Below, one piece after another: positions 31,262 to 46,066 of a stretch of 64,000 nt of DNA. This DNA is from the human T2T-CHM13v2.0 reference genome, Homo sapiens, in NCBI RefSeq assembly GCF_009914755.1, contig NC_060926.1, one strand, 5' to 3'. Within the stretch, counting starts at the first letter, position 1. Every line of letters starts with the position of its first letter. The position numbers and the translations under genes are program-made. The notes under the pieces are model-generated. The model saw nothing but the letters and a program-made list of their open reading frames with translations. It ran no database searches and was not told the DNA's origin.

Positions 31262-31524
31262 TTAAATTTTTTAAAACTTTAGTTTCAGGGGGCAATATGT
31301 GCAGGTTTGTTACATGGATAAATTGCATGTTGATGAGGTTTGCTGTATGAGCAAAGTAACCAATAGGTAGTTTTTCAACCCACCTTTTCCCCCTAGTAGA
31401 CCCCAGTGTCTATTGTTCACATCTTTATGCTCATGCGTATTCAGTGTTTAGCTTCCACATATTAGTGAGAACATGTGGTATTTGGTTTTCTGTTCCAGCA
31501 TTAATTTGCTTAGGATAATGGCTT
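31262..31524 (-). mobile_element. L1PA15/16-like 3' end fragment nested in L1M
   Basis: 'atgtgcaggtttgttacatggata...gtgagaacatgtggtatttggttttctg...gcttaggataatggc'. Confidence 0.8.
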
Positions 31525-33041
31525 TGGCATTTTTGTCCTCTAAGTATGACATTTGTAGCTTTTCAAAGACAGTTTCTGATGCCTGCTATTTTTTCTGCAA
31601 AGGTGTTGCACTTTCCTGTTTCTTTACATGTTTTGTAATTATTGTTGAAAAGTGAGCAATTTAGATAACCTGTTTCAGCAACTCTGGATACTGATTCCCT
31701 ACCCCCACAACCAGCCTTTAATGTTGTTTGCTTCTTTATTTGTTTAGTGACTTGGCTAGACTATTTTAGTGAAGTCTATTTTCCACCTCAATGTGTAGCC
31801 TCTAAAGTTTTCTTCAGAGAGTGAAGCCTTGGGCATGTGCATAGTCACCTAAGGATAACAGAGGTTTTACAGGACTTTCTTAGACGGCCTTGTTCACTGT
31901 CTCTCTTTTAAATTGTTTGACTCCTTTTAGTCTACACTCAGGTGTTAGCCTTAGCTAATTAATTGCTGCATTGTTTTCAATACCGCCCTAAGACATAATT
32001 GTTTTACAGTCTGATCCATTTAAATTTGGGCCCTTTCACAGAGATTATCTTTGAGACCAGGCTTTCCAGTGAATTCCAATCCCCAAAAGACTCTTAGTTA
32101 TCTTTTCCCCTGGTTGTCTCTGGTAAACTTTTAACTGGTTGATGGTTTGCCTTGTTATTCTGATGAAACTAACAGCCTTCCCTTAATTTCCTAAGAGATT
32201 CAGGGAATTAATTTTCCTTAATTTCCATATTTGCCATTATTTTCAACAGCGTATGTAAGCTTGAACTTTTCCACACTGCTCAAAATACTCAATTGTTTTG
32301 GGTAGAGATTCAAAGCTCTCTTTTCTTACCTTACCTCTTCCCCTGCACAAAACATCTGCACCAATACTCTGGAGTTGGAGTCATGGAAAGTGACCCACTT
32401 CAGTTGGAGTAACACCCTGGCTACATGCACAGGACATTGTCCTGGGGTTGGGACAAGGGAATAGCCTTAATTCTCTTCTCAACTTTCTTCTCCCAGCATG
32501 AAAACTCTGCTCCACAAGCAAGCTGGAGTAAAGGCAATTACAGCCATAGTATTTTCAGCCTGTTACACCTAGGGTAGAGTTTCTGTCCTTTAAGTTGGTG
32601 CTGGTGGAGAAAGAAACCCCAAACCTCTCAGCTGTTCTTGGCTTATAAAAACTTTCTGCCACATGGAGCTGGAAGGGTAAGAAATGCTGGTGTCCTCCCT
32701 CCCAGAGCTATACTGTAGCTCTTGATTGGAAACTTGGAGGAGAGGGTGCTTTATGTTCTTGGATGTACCTGCCTAGAATAGAGTTTCCATCATGCTGAAC
32801 TGAGAAGAGAGAGGGAGGGAGCTATTGGTAGTGTGACTGCTACAAGCTTTTACTGTTCTTTCAGAGATTGAGTAGATTTTCTTGATTAAATATTTCTTCA
32901 TTTGTTTTATGTTTTCAGTACCTTTTCCAGAAACTTTAAATGGTTAGTTTGGTTTTTAAACTAACTTTCACGATTTCATTAGGGAGCGAGTCCACAGAGC
33001 TCTTCACACTACCATTCTGGAGTCATCTTCCCATTAGTATG

Positions 33042-33352
<311 letters not shown>

Positions 33353-34229
33353 TAGTATATATTTATATATATTGAATTGTGAGACAAATGCTTAGTCTTC
33401 TGAAATGGGGCTTTATTTTAAAAAATAAAGCACACAGAAATTCAGGTAAAGGATTGCCATCAAAAATCGTAATTGGTGAATTAACGTGACTAATGTAAAG
33501 TAATGTTGCTTACACTTGAGTAGGGCTGAAGATCATCTGGGTGTGTGGAGAGTCAAGATTTTTGATACTCTCTCCCACAAGCTACTGAGTAAATAGTTTT
33601 CAAGAAGAGTCCTTCAAAGTGTATTTTTAAACCAGTGTACCCAGTCGATATTAAATGAGGTTGTCAAAGTATTCTACTTTGAGTAATACGGGATTAGATA
33701 AGTTGAAGATGAAATAACTGCATTCAAACGTCTAAGAGATATGTAAAGGAAAAGGAAAGTTTAAATTAAAAGATACGCATTTTGAAGAAGACAAGAGGAC
33801 TGTAGAAAAGTAGAGAATTGTTTTTTGGCAATGATTGACCAACCCTGGAACCCAGTAAGTGAAAGAACAGGGCTGATTTATAATATCTTGAATTAAATGA
33901 TGGACTCTAGGTAAAGCTAAATTGTAAAGCCGTAGGCATATCAAAAAACAAAAACAAAACAAAACACAAACAAGGGACACCACCAATAACCCATTAATAG
34001 AAATAAGGGAAGTGAGTCTCAGATATAAATCAATAACCAAAGTATCAGGCTGACAGCAGAAAACAGTAATGACATTAATATTGTGAACAGACCAAAATAC
34101 AATTCTATAAATGAGTCATTGATCAAGCTATAAATGTAGAAATCACTGGGATTTCAAATAGTAAGAATTCTTCAGAATTTTAGAATTAGGGAGACTTCAG
34201 ATGCTGCCTAATAATTCAATATTGGAATA

Positions 34230-34375
34230 ACTCATTCATTTCTTCATTTATTTATTGAACAAGATTTTATTTTGGAGTGGCTACTATGATCATGCACTGA
34301 ACTAGGGGCTTAAAGCATGTCAGTGAACAAAATGAATAAAGATTCCTGCCATAGTAGAGTTGAATCCTAAGGCCT
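34230..34375 (-). mobile_element. L2 3' end fragment
   Basis: 'cattcattt...cagtgaacaaaatgaataaagattcctgcc'. Confidence 0.6.
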
Positions 34376-34734
34376 AGGGAAACATAATAAATTCTTATGA
34401 GTTAATTACTAGCACAAGGAAGAGTAGAGCTCATAATTATGAATATTCATTTAGTGTCCTAAGACCCTAATATTGGTGAGAATAGACAGAAAATGATATA
34501 GACAGAAAAGTTATACCGGGTGAAAATGGTGAAAATGAAGACATTTAAAAACTCAGGTATTAGGTTTTTACAAGGACCACCAAAAACAATAATTCAGAGC
34601 TCAACTAAAATCTATTGTTTCAAGATACTACCGATCTCACAATGATTGATAGAGGTAGTCTCCTCAACTACATAGGATGTGATTCAAGATTTTAAAGAAA
34701 CAGGTGTTTAGAAGCCTCTGGGCAATTATGATAA

Positions 34735-34960
34735 TAATTTTAGTTAATACCTAATGAGCACTTACTATATACTAAGCACAATGATCCAGACTACATCTGT
34801 TACCTTATTTAATGCCCGCAACAATCATGTGTGCTATGAAATAGTATCCCTCTAACTTTATTGGTGATAAATTATGGTTTAATTTCTCTGCACTCACAGA
34901 CAGACTCAATGGGAGAGGTGGGGTTGGCTTAAGATTGCTTTCAGCTTAACCATTATATCA
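34735..34960 (-). mobile_element. MIR fragment
   Basis: 'tgagcacttactatatactaagcac...ttatttaatgcccgcaacaatc' is MIR-like. Confidence 0.55.
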
Positions 34961-37229
34961 TCCTGAACATAATTATACTTAAACAAACAGATTGTTCTAT
35001 ACTCAGTAGCAGGAAGAAAACAGAGCCTTTAAAGAAAAGAAATATATGAACAAATATTAAGATAAACCTTTTCTAAAAAATTGGGATGTGTAAAATGGCA
35101 AAAAGTGACCATCAATTTTAGTAACTACGTGAACATACAGATTATGTGTGGTTTATATAAATAGCCTCCCTCTTATATGATTATAAGATTCCACAAGTGT
35201 GATTGAGTTGAATCTTCAAATGGTTAACAACTATATCCTTTAAACTTCCTTACAAGCTTTAATATATGAAGAAAAAGAGAAAGAATTATCTATTTTCTAC
35301 ACTGGAAAATATTCATAATTGATTAATAAAGATTGAGCAGCACCAGGCTAAGCTAAGCAGTACATCTTAGATACCTGAAGCTCTGCTCAGTTTATTAAAC
35401 CATGTTTCCTCTTCTAGTTTTTTTATTTTTTTTTGTAGACTGAAAACTTGATCCCCTAAATAAATATGAGGTGACTTCAGATTCTTAAGCACTAGTAAAA
35501 AATATGTCTGCCTTTACTCATGTTCTTGGGCTAATTGTAGGCTCTTTGGGTAATCGAGTGAATACTATACCTTATTCAACACTAGGTTTAAACTCAGGCT
35601 GCATTCTAAAATACATGAGCAAACTTTGTCATCTACAGGTGGGAAATTTCTATCTCCCTGGCTACAGAAGGATATTAATCTTGGGAAAAGAGGTCAGTCA
35701 GTGTTGTCACAGGATGCATGGATAGCTCCATTTGGTAGGAGTCTTGAGTTGGAATGGGATATAATTCCCATTCAGAAAATGTCTGCCTCCTTTTAGAATT
35801 GCTCCTTATAATTCTATTTTCTAGGTAAATTTGTATTTAAGATAATGTTTCTGGTTCATGTTTGCCATTTTTAGATGGCAATGTTGTACAAAGTTGTTGA
35901 CTCTCCTCATGAAAATACCAAAACATGAAGACCATATTTAGAGAATGGAGGGGAAATTTATATAGCAGAATGTTTTATAATGAGATAGTGGCATATCCAC
36001 ATCCTCATTTCAGGTTCATGTGATTTCTCTTCCTTGTAGTCCTCCGTGTAACTGCAGTATTAAACACCAAATAGTCATATAATATTTTTGCCCTGTCAAA
36101 TTTTAGGACATGGAGCCAAAAAAATAAATTCTGTCCCAATGCATTGTTGTAGATGAAACAAGGACTCAGTTGGATGACACCTCCTCTCTTTGAGAGGTCA
36201 CAGTGCATTTGACAAGAGTGCTTATCTCTTGAACTACAGCTGAGCAAATGCTTAACTACAGTATGGTTTCTCATACTGTATATCCAACTTTGTTAAAACA
36301 ACAATAATAAAAACAAGTGCATTACGGACTGGAATTCAGAGTAAAAATAAAAAATAAACACGTTAAAAAGCTTTTAGCAGACGGAAGCCCATTTTGAATT
36401 TATAAAGATGCCCAACTGGTGTAAAGTGAGCAAAAATGATAAACTCAAGAGACCCAGATGTTGTTTTATAGCCAATTTAGTGAAGAGAAAATAAACCAGC
36501 TTATTTTGTAACTTAGGAAAAAAGCAAGAAGTGTAAAGGGCTGATATTATAGAATTCTTCATCAAATTATTTCTCTATAAAATAATAGGCTGTTTAGTAA
36601 CCTAACTATACATAAATGAGTTACTTATTAACAAAATATATGATGGGAGAAATGGGCATTTATTAGGTAAGCAAATTATTTGCCATTCAAATAAGCTTAC
36701 TTTGATAATCCTTGTGAACTTGAAAAAGGTCAAAAGGTTATGCCAAAAACAAATTATGTCTTCAAAACAGTACCCAACATTTATAGTACTACTTAACTGC
36801 ATTTGTTTCTCTTATTGAAATTCACAGAAGAGGTTCACAGGTCACAGACTAAATCAGTTTGTCTAGCCTTTAAGAAATAGAGAAAATGAGTTAAAATTCA
36901 ACTTGTACATCAGCAATAACACCAGGCATGTCTGGCTATGCTATTAGATATGAGGTTGGCAGCTACCATAGCCATACATTATGTTTTAGCAATCATTCAG
37001 ACATCACAGTCATTATAATAAATTAATTGATTCAACAAAGAATCTGGAAATTTGTATAGTCTGGAAATTGAGAGCCTATTTTCAAGGTTGCAAAGGGTTA
37101 TAAATGTGAAGGAGTCAGATCATTGGCTGTCTAGGCTTCTCATACTTCACCTGCCTACTTCTTAGTTTTCTTTTCCCAACCAATGGAGAAAAACACAGGC
37201 CAACACAAAGACACCACCATTCTTTATCT

Positions 37230-37570
37230 CTATTCACCTTTGACAAGCTAGAGATTCTGAGGTTTTATCCCAAAATTCCCTCTGCCTGTAACCACCCTCT
37301 TATCTTTCTTAATTTGAACAAGTCTTCTTCAATCATTAAGAACTAAACCCTTTATTTTAGTTCAGACATTATATCTTATAGATAATATTTTCTGGACTCC
37401 ACAGATTGTGCTATATGTTCACATTTTATAAACCTTCTTCACAGCACTTTTACATTGTGTGAAAATTAAATGTTTATGTCAGTCATTAGAACTAGCCCGA
37501 CAACATTGTGAGGGTAAGGAATTATGTCTTATCTTGGCATAGTCCAGGCCTTTGATAAATATTTGACAGA
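37230..37570 (+). mobile_element. L2 fragment
   Basis: 'tgtgagggtaaggaattatgtctt...gataaatatttg' resembles the L2 3' end. Confidence 0.45.
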
Positions 37571-37699
37571 CTGTATTTAAGTTCAGAATAGTCTTTTGGG
37601 AAACAATTAACAGCATATTAAGTACTAAATGTATTAGGAAGACATTAAAGCTGATGTGAATTTGTAGTCATCTGTATGAAAACATTTCAACTGCTGACA

Positions 37700-37915
37700 G
37701 TGGAGACAATACACTAGAATTCATATTAAGCACCAACACTTAAGCTATTATATCAAAGCTATTTAACCTCTCTGAACCCCAGGTTTTTCATTCATATAAT
37801 TGATATTGGTAATATTTAGCATACTATGTTCCTTATAATATAATCTTTAAAATGCCCTTAACTAAATCATTGTAAACTCCTATTATAATAGCCACTCTTG
37901 TAAATATTATCATTG
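37700..37915 (+). mobile_element. MIR fragment
   Basis: 'ctatttaacctctctgaaccccaggtttttcattcatataat' matches the MIR core. Confidence 0.6.
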
Positions 37916-40528
37916 TTGGTAAAATTGGTGGTAAATTTTCCACAGGTTGTAGTAAGATAAGTAAAATTAGGAATCTACAGATAGTACCAGGCAAACATTC
38001 AAGATGGCTAATGAAGTCATTTTAACATGTTTAATCAAAATAAATATAACTATAATGTGTCTTGTAACTTTTTATTAAAAGTTTTACTTTCAGGGATAGT
38101 CTCCCAGTTTGTTTCTTTCAGAGTGTATGTATACCTCCTCTTCCTGCAAACATAAAGTGTCCAGTACTTGTTTAGCTTCTTCAATAACTTTACTTGGATG
38201 TTTTGGAAATTTTTAACATTTTAACATTTGAAAAACTTTATATGCTACTCTCAATATTGAAAACAGATTCTAAAGGTGTGAATATTTTCCAGTCAAAATT
38301 TAGAGAAATAAGATGAAGGATATATTGGATTAAGCATGTTCATCTGAGTCTATATTTATAAGGCAAACAAGAAAAATTTCACTGGTAAAGGATGATTGTT
38401 TTCAATTGCCATTTATTTTAATTTAAAAATAATTTCTGATTAATAAGCACTTTTTATAAGGAATCCACTTAATCTGTGTGTGAATATTCTCTAATGTACA
38501 ACTTATGAAAATATTCAAAAATGCATTTTCAGCAATTAGATTTAAAGGATTTTTTTAATTGAAAGCAAACACTGCTCTCCCCTCCTTATGATAAATTCAT
38601 TGATTAATCAATTTTCTTTCATTAAAATATTAGCAGAGAATTTAAAAATAAAAAGTAGCTATTAAAACATTCTAGGCAAATTGTCTTCACAATACAGTCT
38701 GCTTTAATTATATAGTATCTGCCTTGGGAAGATTGCTGTAAGACCAAGAGACTCCACGGGCACTATATATTCCCATTTTAAGGATATTATAGAACTGAAG
38801 TATCTATCATTGGTTACAAACATATTGGAAAATAGCAATTTTGTGCTTAACTGTAAATTTATTTGATTTGTATTAATCGCAATCACATATTCCTGTCTAT
38901 CTAATCTTAGAAGATATAAACTCAATGAATTTATACCCTGCTTCATTCACAAATGAATTGTGCTCCTGAATTTTAACATGCTATTCCTAAAACTATTAGC
39001 TGTGTATCTGCTTTATGGGATGTTCCTACATAAGCTGGCTGTTCATCAATTTGGTGTCCATACATTTCTTTGAAAGCTATATTATAATTAGAGTTTAGGT
39101 TAATACTATTCAGTAACCATAAAACAGACATAAAATAATTATAACTCATTTAGTTAAATTAGAAAAGGAGCAATTATTAGACTCCCATTGTGAAGCTTTG
39201 CTGTGAGGGATAGATAATCTATCTGCAAGATGTACTTTAAGAACACCATTTTCGAAGAAATAAACTAGATAGATTACTGCTTTGTTTTTGTGCACTTGAG
39301 GCAGAAGGGGTAGAACTAAAAACTTGCGTATGTAAGTTTTTTGAACTTTCCCGAATATTTTTAGGCAGATTGAAAAAATCATTCAAAGGATAGTAAAGGC
39401 TATAAGAGATTTTTGCTCATTCTAATACTTGTGAAGCTAAAAAATTAGATGTCTGAGAATTTGTAAATACGTTACACAAATTGATTTGTATTTGTAAAGT
39501 ACATTTCCCATACTTTTGCAAAAAAAAAATTGTTTTTCACATTTTAATGCGTTTAAACCCTGTCTGAAAATCTTAATGATCATCCATTGTCTTCAGTGTA
39601 TTTCAGGGGATTGATTTGCTTCAGTGCCAAGAGAAGTGTACTGGGCTTTACAACTTACTTATTATCCTACTGTCCGCACCCTGACAAAGGTATCGTCATT
39701 CACCCAGAGATAAACGAGAATAGATAATGTACAACTTGAAAATTTAAAGTAGACAAAGTAACACTTTTTCTGCATTCTCTTTCCTAATGTCTTGTTTCAT
39801 TGAAATAGCTGTACTGCAACATGAGACTTCAATGTCCAAGGAAGAAAAAAAAAGCTATCTCTCCATTAATATTTATGTACGATCTATCTATCTGTTATCT
39901 ATCCATGTATATTTTATAGAAAATAAATCAGACAAATCCAGTACATCTGTACATTTAATACTGTTCCTGCGAAGGATGTATGATGGCAAGGATTTATATT
40001 TCTGAGCTGGGTGAGATGGCACTTTCTTTGATATGAAAGAACCTGGTGACACATCAACACCAACCCCATATGGCACTGAGGGAAAATAAAATCTCTTAGC
40101 ATTGGCTTTAAATGAGGCAAGAAGAATGTCCACTCTTTATTCCCGGATTTCTTCAACAATATGTTAATATTTTCCTTGTGTTATAATGTTGTCAAATCTA
40201 TAGTGTAAACTCAATAAAACAGAAAATAAATTGTGCCACATATCACAGTTGGGGGACCATTGGGAAGAATAGTAACAAATACAAAACAAAAAACATGGGG
40301 TAAAATGTTTTTAACAAGTTGAGTTTATCACTAATTTTATTTGTATAATATATAAATTCTGTTTTGATTTCTGCTTGATGAAAGCGAAGACATATCCAGA
40401 GAATTACCTCTGACTGCTATGAACAAAAAGAAAGAACAAAGGCTTCCTTCTGAGAGTACTTTTCTGTCATTTAAGTCGTTTACATGTTCTTTTGCTTTTA
40501 CCTTTCTTTCTTGCTTTCTGATCACCAG

Positions 40529-40634
40529 GGATCCAATGTTAGCACAGGGTCACTGGGGCTCTGTCCAGCCTTAGACAGATGTTGCCATAGTCAGGGCTTT
40601 ATGATAACAGAATGAGATTTCCACAACCCACTTG
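40529..40634 (+). other. Candidate 106-nt non-coding or cryptic exon
   Basis: Long pyrimidine tract then CAG|G acceptor at 40528/40529; TTG|GTGAGT donor at 40634/40635; stop codons in all three frames. Confidence 0.3.
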
Positions 40635-43600
40635 GTGAGTTCTGTGACAATAGTTAAGCTTGTCGTTTAGAGCAAATAAAAGACAAGTCATTGATTATTT
40701 TCAACACTCACTACCTTTTCTTTGACTTCATGAACACTTTTCTTGTTGCCATCCAAAAATAATAGTTAGCAGCTCCCCCAAATAGGCCCCATTATTCATA
40801 GTCCTGGGAAAGATTCTCAGGCACCATAATTTACTTTGAGCCAGAGGAATTAAGACTTTTAAGATGAGTTCAGTCTTGCTAGACAAGTAAGGCGAATTAA
40901 TTGAATGAAAATGCAAAATTAAAAGGAAATGATGAATTTGGCTAATTTCTTCCCCTTCCAGTGTTCCAGTATATTCCTCTGACCATTCTCCAGGAACACT
41001 GCTTGAACTAACAGCTGTGAATTATAGGTTTCCAGTAAAGTATAGAGATTTTTTTTCTTTTTTTAAAAGAGCAACTGATGAATAGTTGTCTCAAAGATTT
41101 AGAGGATTCATTCCAGTTTTTAATAATCCCATGTGGCTTTAATATATTTTAATACTTTCTCTCAACATGTTTCCCACCATACAGCTGAGAAATTAGTAGG
41201 GCAATTGACACAGGAAAAACAGTGTTCTTATTTTTTTTATACCGCGAGTATTTTTAGGGCTCAGGTAAGATCTTAATAACAAAAAGAATGGCATTATAAG
41301 CCAATGCTTATAGTTTGTTAATTTAATCAAATTGATCAAATCTTTATTAAAAATAACCATGCCTGAATTTTTGATTTGAAAAATTAAAATTATAATCCAT
41401 CTACCTATCATTAAAATGTCATCAATTTATAAAGCTTATCAAACATATTAAGTCTGTAAGATACAGCATGGAATAAGAAAATCACTTACTCTGGCCAACT
41501 GTTTTACATTTGCTGTGGATGCTTTCCCTATCACATTTCCCTTAGATAAATAAGATAAATGATGTTTTAATATTGATAAAATTTCATCTTCTGATGGAGA
41601 GGAGTTATAAAAGGGGGGAAAGGGGAGACTATATTGATTATCCAAATAGATGTATTAATAGCTTCAAATAAATCAGTGCTAAAACCTTTAACAAGATATC
41701 TAAATTAAAATATCCATAATATTTCATATGAACATTGGTGGGATTAACCAAAAAAAAGCTAGATATTTAAAAAATCAGATTGTAATAAGGAAAAAAAGTT
41801 TTATAAAAATATCTAAGAGATGATTCTTACTATTGGTAGTGCATTCTTTATTATGAGCTCTCAGCATTACTGTATGTATATTTTAATGATATCAACAGTG
41901 GAGAAATAAAAAGTAAGTCACTTCTTCCTGAAAGTGAAAAAATATATTTGAAGAGTGTTATATTTTGGGGAACTTATTTTGAAAATTAATATAAGTTGAT
42001 CTTTCAAAATTTTCAGGTAATTTAAATCTTCCAATTTTGAGAAAAAATACAAATATACGAAAAATTAGGATTCAAAATAACCTTAATATCATGTGTTTCC
42101 TTTAGCATAACATAATGACAAATTATTTTAAAATATTTTACAAATTGTATGTGTAATATTTATTTGTATAATTTATAATGTATATAATTTATTTGTAATA
42201 CAACTAATTTTTAGGCACTTAGGTGTTAATATTCTTGAAATTTATGTAGAAAAAGAACATGCATATATAACATATATTTCTAATATACCTAGAATAAAAA
42301 ATAGCACCTTAGTATATTGCCAGCATATTTTGAAATGTTGACATTTGTCTTTGGCAAAATCTGAAAGATTTTAGCATAAAACAATATTAGTTTTCATTGT
42401 GAATATGTGAGAATTGTGCTCTGTATATTTTCACTGCAATCCCAACATGATAAAATAAGCATGACCCTCCATCTCTCCCTTCTATTTCCAGACCACTTCA
42501 GAGCCATGTGGTGCCCTTCAACCTCAACCTTGCCTTTTGAAAGACTTTTTGTTAATTTATTTTATTTTCATAATTTTAGTTATTTTTACTTTTCATTGCA
42601 CCTCAGTAAAATATTTTGAGATTTTGAAGATGAAAAACAAAGCAAACTCATGAAGAAATCTGCAACTGTAAGCAGTGAGAGTTAACATGATGCTTAGGTC
42701 CCAAGACTTGAATGTCCTTTCTGATCAGTAGCAATAATATTGTTAGAATAAAAATCTAAACCTATGCCATTCTCAAAACCAAAAACCATGACTGGCCTTT
42801 TGGTGTTCTAAAATGTTTCTTTTATCCAAAAAAAGAGTATCTTCTAGGCTACTTAATCAAAGTGAAATATGAGATTGAAGCCAAAACTAACCAAGATTTA
42901 ACTTTAGTCATGAGATACAAATAAATTTCCAACTGCATGTATTTATAATTAACTACCAGTTGTAGGAAGCCACATTTTTATACCTAAATAAACTTCAGCC
43001 ATAAGATGGATAACTGACAAAACAATACAAAATTTGCTGAGCTAACTTACATCTAAAACCATAAGTCTATTCAGGTTAGAAGTAAAATAAAAGCAGACAT
43101 GTGCCGAGGAAAATTTATCATACACTACACATAATGTGAATGTATTGTCAAATGTAGTAAATTTGAAGTGATATATTATTTCTCTAGAGTCCATTATAAC
43201 ATTAATTGTTTGAATTTATGTCAGGTTTACAGGAAATTAAAAGAAAGAAGAAATGAAGTTGGAAGTGAGGGAGGTATACAGTAAAAGAGAAAATGAAGGA
43301 AAATTGAAAGCATGAAGAAGCAGAAAGCTAAATAAAATCAAGCATTGCTATAATTATAATATAATATGTGACCAATTGATCGGGGTAAATGCTCATTACA
43401 TCAGACTTAGAACCTTTCTAGGATGATAATTCTGATATTTAACTAACTTTCCTTCTCCAAATCAAATTTGTACACTTTGTTTACTTTATTATATTCTTTC
43501 TAGTACCTCTCTCGATTTTTATAGCAGTAAATTAGCACAAATGTCTGTAACAGAAGGAGACTCTCCAAAAAGATGAAGACATCTGTCTTTGTGAGGAGGA

Positions 43601-44640
43601 ATAGAGAGCCTACAAGAGGAATGAAGCAAAAAGAAGGATTCCCTTGTGTAGGAAGAAAAGAGCAGAGCCAGAGGCTGGGGCATTCTGACTCCAGTTTACT
43701 CAACAGGGAGTGTTGTATTAGCAGCACTATGAGAAAGGTGGAAAACTTAGGTGGGATGTCTCACACACATACACAAGCAGTATCCAAGACAGAAGAAGTA
43801 TTGAGAAAAATATTTCAGTACAGAGGTAGAAATGACTGCACATCTTGAAATTACTATGTGTTACATGAAAGATTAGAAATTCAGACAAAAGGTACATTTT
43901 CATGATGTTGATCTAATTTTATAACATGTTATACCAAAAACAAGGTGCTGGGTAGTGATTAAAACAAGATGATAAAATGGGTGTTGATTGACTATGTCCA
44001 AAAACACTTTGTTTAAGCAATATAATTCCTTCCTATGATCAAATATAATTCATGTGTAAGAACTACACTACCATGAAAAGTTGTTGCAATAGAAACTGCC
44101 TGATAGATAATGTCAGAGTTAAAGAGTTTTAAAGAGAAAAAATCATGTAGGACATATTTTGGACATGAGGCAATCAAAATCTAGAGGTATCAAACTTTCT
44201 TATCCGGAACTCTCATAACCACTGATATACATTGATAGATAAGATTAGATATACATATAGAAAATAGATAAAAATAGACAGAAGAGATATATATACATTA
44301 CATAATTATATATGTGGGATATATATGTATGACAAAATATAGTTACATTTGTAGTTAAATGTAAATATATATATTTGGGATAAATTATAAGTTTCTTTTT
44401 TGCATGCTGTTAGCTCTTTAAATAAGAAAATTTATAATTATATCATAATCTCTTTCTTTTAAAGTAAATATTTAATCTAATACGTTTCCTAAATTTTTTT
44501 TTATTTTATGAATACTGAATGTTAAAATGGTCCTCCTTTGGATCAACTTAGTCATTTTATATATGAATTTTACAATAGTGAATCAGATGATGAATGGCTT
44601 GGATGTCATAGATGTCACCTGCTTTCCTTTTACCAAAGTA

Positions 44641-44722
44641 CATATGTACATACATATATATACATACACATATATATACACACACACACACACATATACA
44701 CATACATATATATATATATATA
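44641..44722. repeat. Compound (CA)n/(TA)n microsatellite
   Basis: Directly visible. Confidence 0.95.
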
Positions 44723-46066
44723 TGCATGATTTTTTGTAGCCTCAAATCTCCCATCCTTCCAAACCAAAATAATTTATGGTGTTTAATTTAAACATGAATT
44801 GGTATATTTGAAGCAGTGGATAGCCCTTCTATGTCAAGAATATCATCAGCTTATTAGGAAAAGGATTCCATTCTAATTTCTAACAATATTGACATTTTTC
44901 CTGACTCTATCTTCAATGATTGGTCCAATCTATATTATCTCTTAACTTTGCCTATTAACATCACTAGCACTTCTTTTTATTAGTCTCTTGGTTCTCACTG
45001 ATGTCTCTTTCATACATGATGATGCTTCAATTTAGTTGAGCCATAAGTTTCAGTTTAATTTTGAGGCTCCGTGATACCTTCAGCACTTTTTCAATCTATG
45101 ATTACTGCAACACTTTCTCTACAACCCCTTTAAAATTCTTTATTAATTCTCTAGTAGACAAGCCATTTTTAAGAGAAAGACTAATTAGAATATTGCAATT
45201 ATCTTAATGTATTGTTGGCATTTTAGCAAAAAATTTCTTTAAATACACCTTATGGAACAGTCTAAACACCGACTTTTCATGAATTTTACTAGAAAATTCT
45301 TTGGCTTGTAAATCAAAGAACATATTTAACCATAAAAAAGTGCCATGTTTTAATCATGCTTAGTTTTTTTGCCCTGGTTCAGTGGTGTTTTTTGAATGAT
45401 GGTTATTATTCTCCACAGTTGGTATCTCAGTATGAGAGCTAATCTGATGGCTTAGAGGTATGGGATTTTCAATTGTGACAGATATTCAATCAACCACTTC
45501 ACAGCTAATCCGGTGAAATCTCTGTCTTATGTGATGTCCACAGATGAACTTCCAAAACAATTGATAAATTATCTGGATAACTTGTCTTCCCATTAAAACA
45601 TTCACCTTGACATTTAATGTGTGTTTTTTTTTTTTACTTTTGTTGAAGGATGCATAGGCAGGCATCCAACAAAGATTGGAAAGTTAAATTTTGAGTCTTC
45701 CAACCGAATTTCGAAAGTGAAAGTGGTTATGGAGGGAATGATCATTTCTATGGCCTCTCAAGCTAGGCCATAATTCAAAATCTACAACATCTCCATTAAT
45801 GTGTTTAGTTAATTGGGTTTGAGGAAATCAATATAGCAAATAAGTTTTTTTTTTCATTTTTTCATGAGAATCACCATTTACTTAATCTATTTCTTAAATT
45901 TTACCTGAATACAGAACTTACAGTGAATTGGATCTTGCTGGATAAAGTTTGGAGATAGTATTCTATGACTTCTCTGCTACAAAATGTTTATGAATGTATT
46001 ATTCTTCCTCCACTATTTGGACAAAAGTACCTTAAGAATGAATTAAATGTGCATGAGTGAAATTCT

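Larger units (their letters stand above)
30622..33020 (-). mobile_element. Ancient L1M continuation (5'-ward portion)
   Basis: 'gttttcagccattatttcttcaaatatt' and 'caatttatcttcaaagttgctgatt' are L1M ORF1-region hallmarks. Confidence 0.7.

Noticed and set aside
39787-40159. Overlapping 72-81 aa ORFs in unique sequence
   Set aside because: No recognisable homology or exon boundaries.
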